Shown piece after piece: positions 17,012 through 25,760 of a stretch of DNA of 64,000 bases. The notes under the pieces are model-generated. The model was not told the DNA's origin. It saw only the letters and a list, made by a program, of their open reading frames with translations, and did no database searches. The stretch comes from Parcubacteria group bacterium ADurb.Bin192 (GTDB lineage: Bacteria > Patescibacteriota > Patescibacteriia > 2-12-FULL-60-25): positions 5,463 through 69,462 of the forward strand of contig MWCR01000005.1 of the NCBI GenBank assembly GCA_002070095.1, written 5' to 3'. Numbering within the stretch: position 1 is the first letter of the stretch; each line of letters begins with the position of its first letter. The position numbers and the translations under genes are program-made.

Positions 17012-18634
17012 TCAAGGCTTAACTTCTGCTAATGCGTAATTTTTGTTTTGGAAAATAATTTGTGTGTCTGAAAGCTTTGAATGATCAATTTGTTCAGAGG
17101 GATATAGGATGTGTGTGGCGTGTGTTTCTTCCGCGATAATTTGCAGTTCGGCCATATCTTTATTTTTGTATGCTTCTTTAATTCTTTCAGTTAACGCAAA
17201 ACCACGTTGCCTCGCCTCGTAACCTTGAGTCAAGCCGCCTTTGTCTTTATCAGCGATTACGATGCTTCTTAATGCAAATCCTCTAATTTCCATTGAAATA
17301 CCACTTACCGGCGATAAAATTTTACTATCAATCGGTGTTTGATTTTTGATATAACGATAGAGCTCCACACGATTCTGAAAACGCTCACTGTTCTTAAGCC
17401 AATCAGCCTGATGACGGATGGTATAAATTATATTTGATGCACCTACTAAAATAAAAATGTACAGTGCAAAGCCTAATATAATTTTTCCCTTTTTACCTAT
17501 TGAAATTTCTGTATCCAAGAATTTGATAACAACAAGATAAAATAGAGCTAAGAACAAAAACTGTGAAAATCCGCTGGCGCCCTGGAACATGAAAAAGAAA
17601 TATGAATAATTCTCAAGTAAAATCGCAACAAATGTAAGAATCGCAGAAATTATTATTATTTTCATTAAAGTATTTTCGAATTGTTCATAATTTCCTATTT
17701 TTTTAAATACTTGGTTACTCTTAAGTTTTGCTTGAAAAAACCAAAAAGCAAAAAGTAGTACAATAGGTACTAAAAATCGACGGGCGCTGGCGATAAAATA
17801 TTGAGGACTCTCTAGTGAAATATAAGGTGTTAGTACTTTTGTATCCGGATCTGTAAGTAAACCCGTACCATGTATTCGTAATACTTCAAAAAATGGCAAT
17901 GGCATCAACAATATACAAACCACACACAATACCAACAAGTTTTTTAATTTCAATGTTTTTTGCCAAGCGACACACAAGGTCATTATTACCAGCAGGTGCG
18001 TAAACACGACTGCGTATATATTTACCAGTAACGCTGTTACGATAAAGACACTATATATCCATTTTTCATTTTTATTATTTACAGCCTTTAAAAACGCACC
18101 AAATATAACAAAACCCAGCGCAATAGCGATACTATGCGTATTGTATCCTCCAATAAAACCTCCAAGCCAAATACCGGCAAATATCTGGAAACCAAAAATA
18201 AAAAGTGTTGAAAATATAAAACTCCAAAATTTATTTTTAGTCCGGTCCCAAAGTGTCAAGAATACGGCAAAGACTATTATTATATTTAAAATTAATCCGA
18301 TTAGTCCTGATGATACAATCACGTCGAGATGTATGAGTTGTGATAGTTTTGCCAGTGTTGGATAGATAAACTCTCGTTCACTGAATAACCTTAACTCACC
18401 GTTAAAATGCACATCTTGCACAAAACACTCCGGACAAATTTCATACTGGATTCCTGTCACCTGCAGTGGCACGTCTGTATTTAAGTATAAATACCCAAAA
18501 GGAATTTGACCAAAAATATTTGGCCAAAGATAAAAACCGATCACTGTAAACAATAAGCCCAAATAGAGCCACGGTGAATTGCTCGCTTTTTTCTCCGTTT
18601 TTCCAATGTTTGACGATGTAATATCGGAATTCAT
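17012..18634 (-). CDS. polytopic membrane protein (possible glycan polymerase or GT-C-like; function from context only)
   Basis: 540 aa. At least 10 hydrophobic helices followed by a ~120-aa soluble C-terminus. Very low GC. No motif I can name. Confidence 0.55.
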   Translation of the reverse strand: MNSDITSSNIGKTEKKASNSPWLYLGLLFTVIGFYLWPNIFGQIPFGYLYLNTDVPLQVTGIQYEICPECFVQDVHFNGELRLFSEREFIYPTLAKLSQLIHLDVIVSSGLIGLILNIIIVFAVFLTLWDRTKNKFWSFIFSTLFIFGFQIFAGIWLGGFIGGYNTHSIAIALGFVIFGAFLKAVNNKNEKWIYSVFIVTALLVNIYAVVFTHLLVIMTLCVAWQKTLKLKNLLVLCVVCILLMPLPFFEVLRIHGTGLLTDPDTKVLTPYISLESPQYFIASARRFLVPIVLLFAFWFFQAKLKSNQVFKKIGNYEQFENTLMKIIIISAILTFVAILLENYSYFFFMFQGASGFSQFLFLALFYLVVIKFLDTEISIGKKGKIILGFALYIFILVGASNIIYTIRHQADWLKNSERFQNRVELYRYIKNQTPIDSKILSPVSGISMEIRGFALRSIVIADKDKGGLTQGYEARQRGFALTERIKEAYKNKDMAELQIIAEETHATHILYPSEQIDHSKLSDTQIIFQNKNYALAEVKP

Positions 18635-18713
18635 GAGGTCATGATATTTTAAAAAGCGTGTTATGTAAAGAGTAAAAAAGTAGTAAATTTTTAAAATATG
18701 TCTTATATCAACT

Positions 18714-19733
18714 TCAAGTAATTTTGTTTAAAATTACTTTTACCAACCTACATAAAGAATGCTTTTCTTCTACCTCAAGTTTTCCAACGTGATGAGTAGC
18801 TACTGTAAACAAGATGTCATGCATCTTTGAAAAATCATCTAGAATAAACTCGTAACTGATCACACCCTTTATTTGTTGGTAACCTTCGCCTCTGGCGATA
18901 ACCGGCACTCCGCAGGCTAAAGCCTCTAAAACCACTTTATCAATACTCCCTGTTTGACTGGTACTCAAAAAAAGTTTAGCGCGTTGATAAACGTCCGGCA
19001 ACCGCTCATATTCCATGGCCGGTAAAATACGAAATCTTTCCGCCAAGCCCAATTGTTCAGCTTTTTGGTTTAATGATTGGACATAGTCTTCGTGCCCTAA
19101 TGACGGTCCGATAATTTCATAAACCCATTGATCTTCCGGATATTTTTCTTTGTATTTTGCCAAAAATTCCAAAGAATCTTCATATTTTTTTGCGGGTGTA
19201 ATTCGTGAAACCGTAATTATTATATTCTCTTTTTTTACTTCCGAATCAGGCTTGAATAATGCCGTATCTATCCCCTGCCCCACAAATCTAGCTTTAGGCG
19301 TAGGCAAACGCAAACCTGTTTCCGAACTTGCAAAAATCAATTTAACCAATGGTTCGGCTAATTTTAACGCTAAAGGGATAGCGCCGTGCGCATACCAAAG
19401 ATAAATGGGTTTGCGTAATACAAACCAAATCGGCCAGCCGGCAAGCACCACTTCAGGCGACATATGAACAAAAACCGCGTCATATTTTTTTCTGTGCTTA
19501 AACGCAGAATGCCAAATTTTTAAAACCCGAGGCAGCCAAGCTTTACCAAGAGCAACCCCGATGGATCCGGCTGGCACATCGCTTTCATCAACATACCGGC
19601 TGATTAAAACCAAAGGACCCGCTTGTTTGGCAAATTCAGCCATCCAATTAACAGAAAACCCAAATACCGGGTCGTCATGTTTCAATGTCGGCGTATATAT
19701 TAATAATCTTTTTGAATTGTGACTATTTTCCAT
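18714..19733 (-). CDS. glycosyltransferase family 1/4
   Basis: 339 aa. IITVSRITPAKKYEDSL ... SQTGSIDKVVLEALACGVPVIA, a GT-B C-terminal signature. Confidence 0.75.
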   Translation of the reverse strand: MENSHNSKRLLIYTPTLKHDDPVFGFSVNWMAEFAKQAGPLVLISRYVDESDVPAGSIGVALGKAWLPRVLKIWHSAFKHRKKYDAVFVHMSPEVVLAGWPIWFVLRKPIYLWYAHGAIPLALKLAEPLVKLIFASSETGLRLPTPKARFVGQGIDTALFKPDSEVKKENIIITVSRITPAKKYEDSLEFLAKYKEKYPEDQWVYEIIGPSLGHEDYVQSLNQKAEQLGLAERFRILPAMEYERLPDVYQRAKLFLSTSQTGSIDKVVLEALACGVPVIARGEGYQQIKGVISYEFILDDFSKMHDILFTVATHHVGKLEVEEKHSLCRLVKVILNKIT

Positions 19734-22209
19734 ATGACCTTAATCTCAAGTCATGATTTTCAATCGCCTTTTCAACAAACTCCCCAAAAGTATTATTTCC
19801 TTTCAATCCAGACGCAGCTAAAGACTGAACGGTTAAACGATTTTGGAGCATGGCGAGCATGGCCTGACTCAAACCATGCACATCTCCCACAGGCACAACA
19901 TAACCGTTTTCACCGTTTTTAACCACCTCACCGGCACAACCCACATTGGTCATAATAACAGGCGTGTGACACATTAGCGACTCCACAGCCGTCATGCCAA
20001 AACCCTCTCCGTCCGAGGTGATGAGCGTGGCTACTGCTCCTTGATATAGTTCAGTCAAATTATCGGTCCAAGGGATGATCTCGACTCCAGCTTGTAATTC
20101 AAAATCAGCTATCCACTGCTTAACCTGACCCTCCAACGGCCCAGCCCCCACGATTTTAAGCTTAATATCAGGATCTTGCTTAACAACAAGACTGAAGGCA
20201 TGGATGGCGAGGTCTATGCGTTTAATGGGAACGAACCTGCAAACCAAGAGGAAATATCGTCCTACGTCGCACGTCCCGCGTCCCACGTCAACCGACGTAT
20301 TCCCGATAATTGATGATTGGTTATTGATTATTGGTAATTGGTTATTGGTAATTAAATTCAGCGGGAAACGGACCATCTTCTCTCGCGAGATACCAAGATT
20401 AGCAAGTGCATCTTCGGTTCTTTGACTGACAACTCGGATGGCATCCGCGCGTTTTACCAGCCACTTGGCCAACCAATATCTGAAATGATTTAAAAACGAC
20501 TCTTGATAATAATACTTTCCATGAAAATGATAGCCGTGATCCTGAACCGCTAAGGCTGAATTGCACAATCTGGCTGATATGGCGCCCACCAAACCTGTCT
20601 CTACGGGATCTTGCGTGATAACGACTTTAATATCCGTGTTTCTGATTTTCCAGGCCTGCACCAAGGCATCCCAGACATAAAAAAACTTATGCCAAGAATG
20701 AGTGGAGATGACGCGCACATTGGGCGCGATTTGCTCATCAAACTTTTGCTTGGCAAAAACGATGATGACAGCCTCGAAATCTTTTAACTGATCAACAATT
20801 CTATCCCGCACTTTTCCGGGCTCAAAGAGTTTACGCTCAAGGCTGATAGACAGGATGCGCTGACGCTGGTCATGATTTGAATCACGCCCCTGGATTCCCG
20901 TTTTCACGGGAATGACAATGGGGGTGACGTGGGACCCGCCTTCGCCGAAGCTTCGGTGGGCAGGCGCGGGACGCGGGACAGCTTGCCCCGTCGATACGGG
21001 GTGCGACGATAAAATCGAGAACGTTTCATTTATCATCCTCTCAAAACCAAGCTTATCCGGCAACCCAACGCGGGACGTGGGACGAGCGACGAGCGACGAT
21101 GCGATGGCTTCAACCCATGCTTGTTTATTTAAATACTCGGCCACCGTTACCAAGCCCGGAAAAAGTTCAGCGATTTCCGGATTCCCGCCTTTGTCGCTGA
21201 CAATGCAAGGCAGACCCGTGGAAGCGGCTTCAACGACCACATGCGGAAAACCTTCATAGCCCGTGGCGAGCACGAATAAATGAGCCTTATGATACCACTC
21301 GGTTAATTCAGCCCGTGACAACCGGCCCAGCCACATAACGCGATCCGCCACGCCTATTTCTTGTGCGTGCTTTTTCCAATTCTCCAACTCCGGCCCATCA
21401 CCCGCCACCGCCAAAACATATTCTTCCGGCAAATCTTTGATAACATCACACAAAAAATCCCCACCCTTCCAAGGCACAGCTCGTACGGCCGTCAAGATCA
21501 CTTTTCGTCGCTCGTCGCTCGTCCCACGTAAATCTGACGCGAGACGTGGAAGCGACGAAATAGAATTATAAACAACGTTTATCTTATCAGCCGGGATACC
21601 CCACTTAGTAACGATTGTTTTAAGATACTTGGACGGCACAATAATCTGCTTAGCCCGCGACGCCACCCACCTCTCAACCGCCTCCATCAACCAAATCTTC
21701 CCCTCATGCCGACGCGTCACAAACTCATCCAGCAATTCAAACCCTCGTCGCTCGTCGCTCGTCCCAATCGTCCCGCGTACTTCTGACGTGGGACGCAGGA
21801 CGTGCGACGCGGGACGTTGCTGGTATTGTTCCCACGCATAATCCCCCACTACTTTTAGAACAAGAGGTTTACGAGCAAAAATTGACGCCAAGGTAGCCGG
21901 CAACCCCTCTGACACCGGCCCTTGCGCATAAACCACATCCGCCTGGCGCGCAAGTTTGTAAGCATTCCAAAAATACATCCAGTATCTTTGTACGATGGCA
22001 CGCGTGTTCGCGAACGCCGTGCCGATGTACGATGTACGATGTACGACCGTAACTTTATAATTTTCACCAATCTCTGTTTTCTCGTCCCCGTATGTGATGA
22101 CAGCCACCTCATGACCTTGCCTCGCGAGTTCAGTCGCGACACCCTTAACATACCCGGCCGGTCCGCCGATTTCGGGAGGGTATATTCCAGTGGCTATTAA
22201 TAACTTCAT
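19723..22209 (-). CDS. tandem double GT4 glycosyltransferase (two GT-B units joined by a repeat-derived linker; several in-frame repeat insertions)
   Basis: Unit 1 is MKLLIATGIYPPEIGGPAGYV...ATGYEGFPHVVVEAASTGLPCIVSD. Unit 2 is RILSISLERKLFEPGKVRD...SDGEGFGMTAVESLMCHTPVIMT and has no start codon of its own. The linker HPVSTGQAVPRPAPAHRSFGEGGSHVTPIVIPVKTGIQG is encoded by hairpin modules. Confidence 0.75.
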   Translation of the reverse strand: MKLLIATGIYPPEIGGPAGYVKGVATELARQGHEVAVITYGDEKTEIGENYKVTVVHRTSYIGTAFANTRAIVQRYWMYFWNAYKLARQADVVYAQGPVSEGLPATLASIFARKPLVLKVVGDYAWEQYQQRPASHVLRPTSEVRGTIGTSDERRGFELLDEFVTRRHEGKIWLMEAVERWVASRAKQIIVPSKYLKTIVTKWGIPADKINVVYNSISSLPRLASDLRGTSDERRKVILTAVRAVPWKGGDFLCDVIKDLPEEYVLAVAGDGPELENWKKHAQEIGVADRVMWLGRLSRAELTEWYHKAHLFVLATGYEGFPHVVVEAASTGLPCIVSDKGGNPEIAELFPGLVTVAEYLNKQAWVEAIASSLVARPTSRVGLPDKLGFERMINETFSILSSHPVSTGQAVPRPAPAHRSFGEGGSHVTPIVIPVKTGIQGRDSNHDQRQRILSISLERKLFEPGKVRDRIVDQLKDFEAVIIVFAKQKFDEQIAPNVRVISTHSWHKFFYVWDALVQAWKIRNTDIKVVITQDPVETGLVGAISARLCNSALAVQDHGYHFHGKYYYQESFLNHFRYWLAKWLVKRADAIRVVSQRTEDALANLGISREKMVRFPLNLITNNQLPIINNQSSIIGNTSVDVGRGTCDVGRYFLLVCRFVPIKRIDLAIHAFSLVVKQDPDIKLKIVGAGPLEGQVKQWIADFELQAGVEIIPWTDNLTELYQGAVATLITSDGEGFGMTAVESLMCHTPVIMTNVGCAGEVVKNGENGYVVPVGDVHGLSQAMLAMLQNRLTVQSLAASGLKGNNTFGEFVEKAIENHDLRLRSYGK

Positions 22210-22217
22210 AAACCAAC

Positions 22218-22870
22218 GTCTAGACCTTGATTAACTTGATTACGCTCAGATTATCCTTGATTACTTAATGACAGACCAAATTCAACTTAATGATGCTCAG
22301 ATTATCCCTGATTACTTAATGAGCTGAATTATGATTAACATAATTACTTTGGGTTAACAACTTATCACTGCCTGATTTAAATTTGTTGTTGTATATTCTT
22401 TTAAATTCTAAACTTTTTGCGCCAAAATTAATTAATAGCCCGATTTCAACATTATAAGCCTCAAGATAATTCATGGCTTGCGCCAAATGAGCATTATCCA
22501 ATTCAGTTGCCGCCTTAAGCTCAAGCATAACACAATTCTCAACGAAAAAATCCACTCTGCGCGTTCCTATATCAAAACCTTCATAATAAATCTTCATTTC
22601 TTTTTCCCTCTCAAATTCCAATCCTTGCATCTGCATCTCAATTTTTAAAGCACGCTGATATATAACCTCTTGAAAACCATTCTTCAAAACCCCATGAACT
22701 TTCATCGCGCATCCAATAATTTTATGGGTAATTTCATAAGTGTCCATATATACAGTCGCCATTTCAATAAATAATCCCGGAAAAATTTAAGCGTCATCGC
22801 GTTAAATTTGGTTTTGTCATTTAGTAATCAAGGTTAATCTGAGCGTAATCAAGTTAATCAAGGTCTAGAC
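22218..22870. mobile_element. TIR-bounded cassette carrying a GxxExxY gene (56-bp terminal inverted repeats)
   Basis: IR-L at 22218-22273 (gtctagaccttgattaacttgattacgctcagattatccttgattacttaatgaca) matches the reverse complement of IR-R at 22815-22870 at 54/56 positions, by manual alignment. Confidence 0.6.
22316..22762 (-). CDS. GxxExxY family protein (PD-(D/E)XK nuclease-like fold)
   Basis: NGFQEVIYQRAL contains G-x-x-E-x-x-Y. Also RVDFFVENCVMLELKA and AQAMNYL..LLINFG, typical of the family as I remember it (TIGR04256). Confidence 0.8.
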   Translation of the reverse strand: MATVYMDTYEITHKIIGCAMKVHGVLKNGFQEVIYQRALKIEMQMQGLEFEREKEMKIYYEGFDIGTRRVDFFVENCVMLELKAATELDNAHLAQAMNYLEAYNVEIGLLINFGAKSLEFKRIYNNKFKSGSDKLLTQSNYVNHNSAH

Positions 22871-24000
22871 AATGAGCTGAAAACCCCTCCCATCCTCTCC
22901 GCTATACTAACCCAATTATACTGATTAACCGCCAAATCTTTGCCTTGACGTATCAGTTTATCGCGCAATCCGGGCTCTGTTTGAATACGCACAGCCGCTT
23001 CTGCGATAGTCTCGGGTTTACCGGGTTCACAAAACAAGCCGGTCTCACCGTCGGTCAGAAAATCAGGAATACCTCCCACGGGCGTGCCTATGATGGGGAT
23101 GCCCGAAGCCATGGCTTCCAAAAACGAATTGCCCAAACCTTCGGACAAGGATGGCCGGCAAAAAATATCGGATGACTGCAACAAACCCGGCAGTTCAGCG
23201 TGTCCGCGCAGGCCTAAAAATACCACTCTGTTATCCAATTTATTTTGTGCCACCAATTCTTTTAACTTGGCCATATCTTCGCCGTCGCCCACCACCAAGA
23301 CTTTATAATTATCCGGCAAATGAGTTAAAGACAAGATCAGATGGTCGGTCGCGTTTTTAAGTACCAAGCGCGAGGCCGTGACCAAGACCACGTCGTCCGG
23401 TGCAAAACCCATGGCCTGACGCAAGGCCTGCCTTTCATCCGGAGTTATGGATTGTGTAAAACGCGTCACATCCACGCCATTGGGAATGATAACCGGCTCG
23501 CCTTTAAAACCCATATTCTTGCCCCAATCGGCCAGAAACTTGCTGATAGCCTGTATTTGATTGGCGCGGGTAAATATCTTTTTGAAAACCCAGCCTAAAG
23601 GCCTGACACGTTTTAAAATATATTCCGGCGGATCGCCCTCTTGCAGAGTCAACAACATCTTGGTTTTAGGACGCAGCCACGTATAAAACAAGGCCGCGAA
23701 ACCCCCAAAACTGGCCATCATGGACCAGATGCCGGCCACTTCGTCCTGTTTGGCCAAACGCCAAGCTTTGAAAGCACCTAAAAAGGGCAGCAAATATTTA
23801 TCCACAGGCTTGCCCAAACCGCAACGATAAACCTCCACCTTCCCCACTCTCTCGTGATCCGGCAGTCCGGCCTGAATTTTGGCGGTCACCATCACAAAAT
23901 CATAATCATTGATTCTGTCCGTGATTTCTTTAATGGCAACTTCAGCCCCGCCCACCAAAGGAAAATAGGCCGTGGAGAAGATAATGATTTTTTTAGACAT
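22858..24000 (-). CDS. glycosyltransferase family 4
   Basis: MSKKIIIFSTAYFPLVGGAEVA...VTASRLVLKNATDHL...SLSEGLGNSFLEAMASGIPIIGT. The last three codons and the stop lie inside IR-R of the neighbouring cassette. Confidence 0.85.
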   Translation of the reverse strand: MSKKIIIFSTAYFPLVGGAEVAIKEITDRINDYDFVMVTAKIQAGLPDHERVGKVEVYRCGLGKPVDKYLLPFLGAFKAWRLAKQDEVAGIWSMMASFGGFAALFYTWLRPKTKMLLTLQEGDPPEYILKRVRPLGWVFKKIFTRANQIQAISKFLADWGKNMGFKGEPVIIPNGVDVTRFTQSITPDERQALRQAMGFAPDDVVLVTASRLVLKNATDHLILSLTHLPDNYKVLVVGDGEDMAKLKELVAQNKLDNRVVFLGLRGHAELPGLLQSSDIFCRPSLSEGLGNSFLEAMASGIPIIGTPVGGIPDFLTDGETGLFCEPGKPETIAEAAVRIQTEPGLRDKLIRQGKDLAVNQYNWVSIAERMGGVFSSLSRP

Positions 24001-24001
24001 A

Positions 24002-25456
24002 TTATTGAGAAATATCTTTTAAAATGGCGTTATAAACAAAACGAATTTGATTGGCGAACACATCGCCCGTGCGATTGGAGGCTGTCAGACGGGCGGACGA
24101 AGCCACATTGGCCGCATAATGCAGTTGATGCCCCGAAGAAGCAGAGATCTGATCCGCGTTCTTCAGAATAGTGTTTAACAACAAACGCAAATGCCAGGGG
24201 ACTTTTTCTAATTTTTGATCAGCCAACGAAATCAACAACGGCATGTGTGATTGACGGCGAAACACAATACCGGCCAAAGCCGCGTAACTGGCCATGATGG
24301 ACCAGGTGAACAAATATTGATGGCGAGCCATTAATTCTTTGGCTTTACGCGGTCCGTACCAAGGCAAAAAATATTTATCTGTTTTTTTGCCCCGGCCGAT
24401 TTTATGCACTGTTACATTGGACAAGGGCGACCCGGCCCGCAAAGCATCGGCCGAAAAAGCCGAAGTAATCACGTCAAAATGCACATCTTTCATCAACTCC
24501 ATGAGTTTTAACAAAGCCTGTTCCGCCAAGCCCTGCACCGGATAAAAAGTGGTGGAAAAAACCAGAACCCTTTTATCCTCTCCGGCCAAGCGTTCGGTTT
24601 TAGCGATAAAATCACGAATGTATTCGTCCAATCTATGCTTCTGCTCCCAGCCCAAAGCCCGCGCTCTGGAGGTATCAGCTTGGGAAGTCAAGCGATTGCC
24701 CCGCCGTTCCGGGAGCATGACTACGGGCGCGCCAAACATTTTGGCTACGTCCATAACCGAAAAAGCCTGTTCCGCGCCCAAGCCGAACTCATCACCTTCT
24801 CCCTTATCGCCCACCAAAATCAAACCATCCACGATATCATCCACGTGCGTGAAATTTCTGGCTTGCGTGCCGGGTGCTGTGACGGTTAAGGGCTGACCCT
24901 GCCTGAATTCCTCGCTGAAAATGCCGATCAAAGTGGAATACGGACCGTGACTGATTTCGCCCGGACCGTAAACATTATAAAAATAAGTGATGGCAAAAGG
25001 CAGGCCGTACCACTGTCCATAATTTTTAACCAGCTCCGTGTTGGAGGCTTTCATCCAGGTATAAGGCGTGAGATCGCGCCCCAAACCGCCGTCCGAAAAT
25101 TTGGTAGATGAACCCGCGTACACGATTTTACAATTTTTCTTACGGCAAAATTCCAACACCGCAAAAGTGCCCGCCTTATTCAAATCCCAAACCAATTCCG
25201 GCGGATCCTCCAAACTTTTTTCCACGCGCGAATACTCACCCAGATGAAAAACCAAATCCGGAGTTTCGCTGACCAATTTTTCGATTTCTTTGCTGTGCCC
25301 CTCTCTGTATTCCACCCCCGGCACATGATTGTCACGCGAACCCGTAAAATAATTATCCAGGCTGATTACTTTGTGCCCCAAAGACACCAACCGCCGGCAA
25401 AGATTGGAGCCCACAAAACCCGCGCCTCCGGTCACCAGGATTAATTTTGAGTCCAT
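24002..25456 (-). CDS. NAD-dependent sugar-nucleotide epimerase/dehydratase fused to a GT-B N-terminal-half-like domain
   Basis: N-terminus ILVTGGAGFVGSNL with a YxxxK-type SDR fold (~290 aa). The C-terminal ~190 aa (RVLVFSTTFYPVQGLAEQA...DKYFLPWYG...WSIMASYAALAG) is paralogous to the N-half of the adjacent GT4. Confidence 0.75.
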   Translation of the reverse strand: MDSKLILVTGGAGFVGSNLCRRLVSLGHKVISLDNYFTGSRDNHVPGVEYREGHSKEIEKLVSETPDLVFHLGEYSRVEKSLEDPPELVWDLNKAGTFAVLEFCRKKNCKIVYAGSSTKFSDGGLGRDLTPYTWMKASNTELVKNYGQWYGLPFAITYFYNVYGPGEISHGPYSTLIGIFSEEFRQGQPLTVTAPGTQARNFTHVDDIVDGLILVGDKGEGDEFGLGAEQAFSVMDVAKMFGAPVVMLPERRGNRLTSQADTSRARALGWEQKHRLDEYIRDFIAKTERLAGEDKRVLVFSTTFYPVQGLAEQALLKLMELMKDVHFDVITSAFSADALRAGSPLSNVTVHKIGRGKKTDKYFLPWYGPRKAKELMARHQYLFTWSIMASYAALAGIVFRRQSHMPLLISLADQKLEKVPWHLRLLLNTILKNADQISASSGHQLHYAANVASSARLTASNRTGDVFANQIRFVYNAILKDISQ

Positions 25457-25528
25457 AATACAGCCAATTTAGCTTAATTAGGCGCAAAAAGCAATGACCC
25501 CACTTCGCACCCGGTGCTTCGCGGGGTA

Positions 25529-25760
25529 CAGCTCCGTGGATTCCCGTTTCCCCCACCTACGCTTCACTAACAAAGCTCTGGTGGGCACAGCACGGGAATG
25601 ACAAAATGACGGTCATGTCATTGCGAGGAATGAGTCCGACGAATGCCACGGCACGGCGTTCGCGAACTCCGTGCCGTGGCAATCTGCTTAGAGTATCAGG
25701 CTGATTAGCGAGATTGCCGCGCTCCGCTCGCAATGACAATGTTAGTTTTGACGCAGGACG
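25529..25760 (+). repeat. composite hairpin repeat, copy 1 (ggattcccg...cgggaatgac module + gtcattgcgag...ctcgcaatgac long hairpin)
   Basis: The first ~100 nt are nearly identical to 27322-27420 (one indel); the remainder is similar in module order. The long hairpin spans 25617-25737 with a nested ggcacggcgttcgcgaac(t)ccgtgcc stem. Confidence 0.85.

Noticed and set aside
25353-25739. ORFs made of repeat modules (25353..25556, 25557..25739; likewise 27111..27380, 36925..37125, 50044..50232, 50132..50380, 50404..50586, 30078..30287).
   Set aside because: They consist entirely of hairpin or heptamer repeat sequence found in many copies, with no SD or domain signal.
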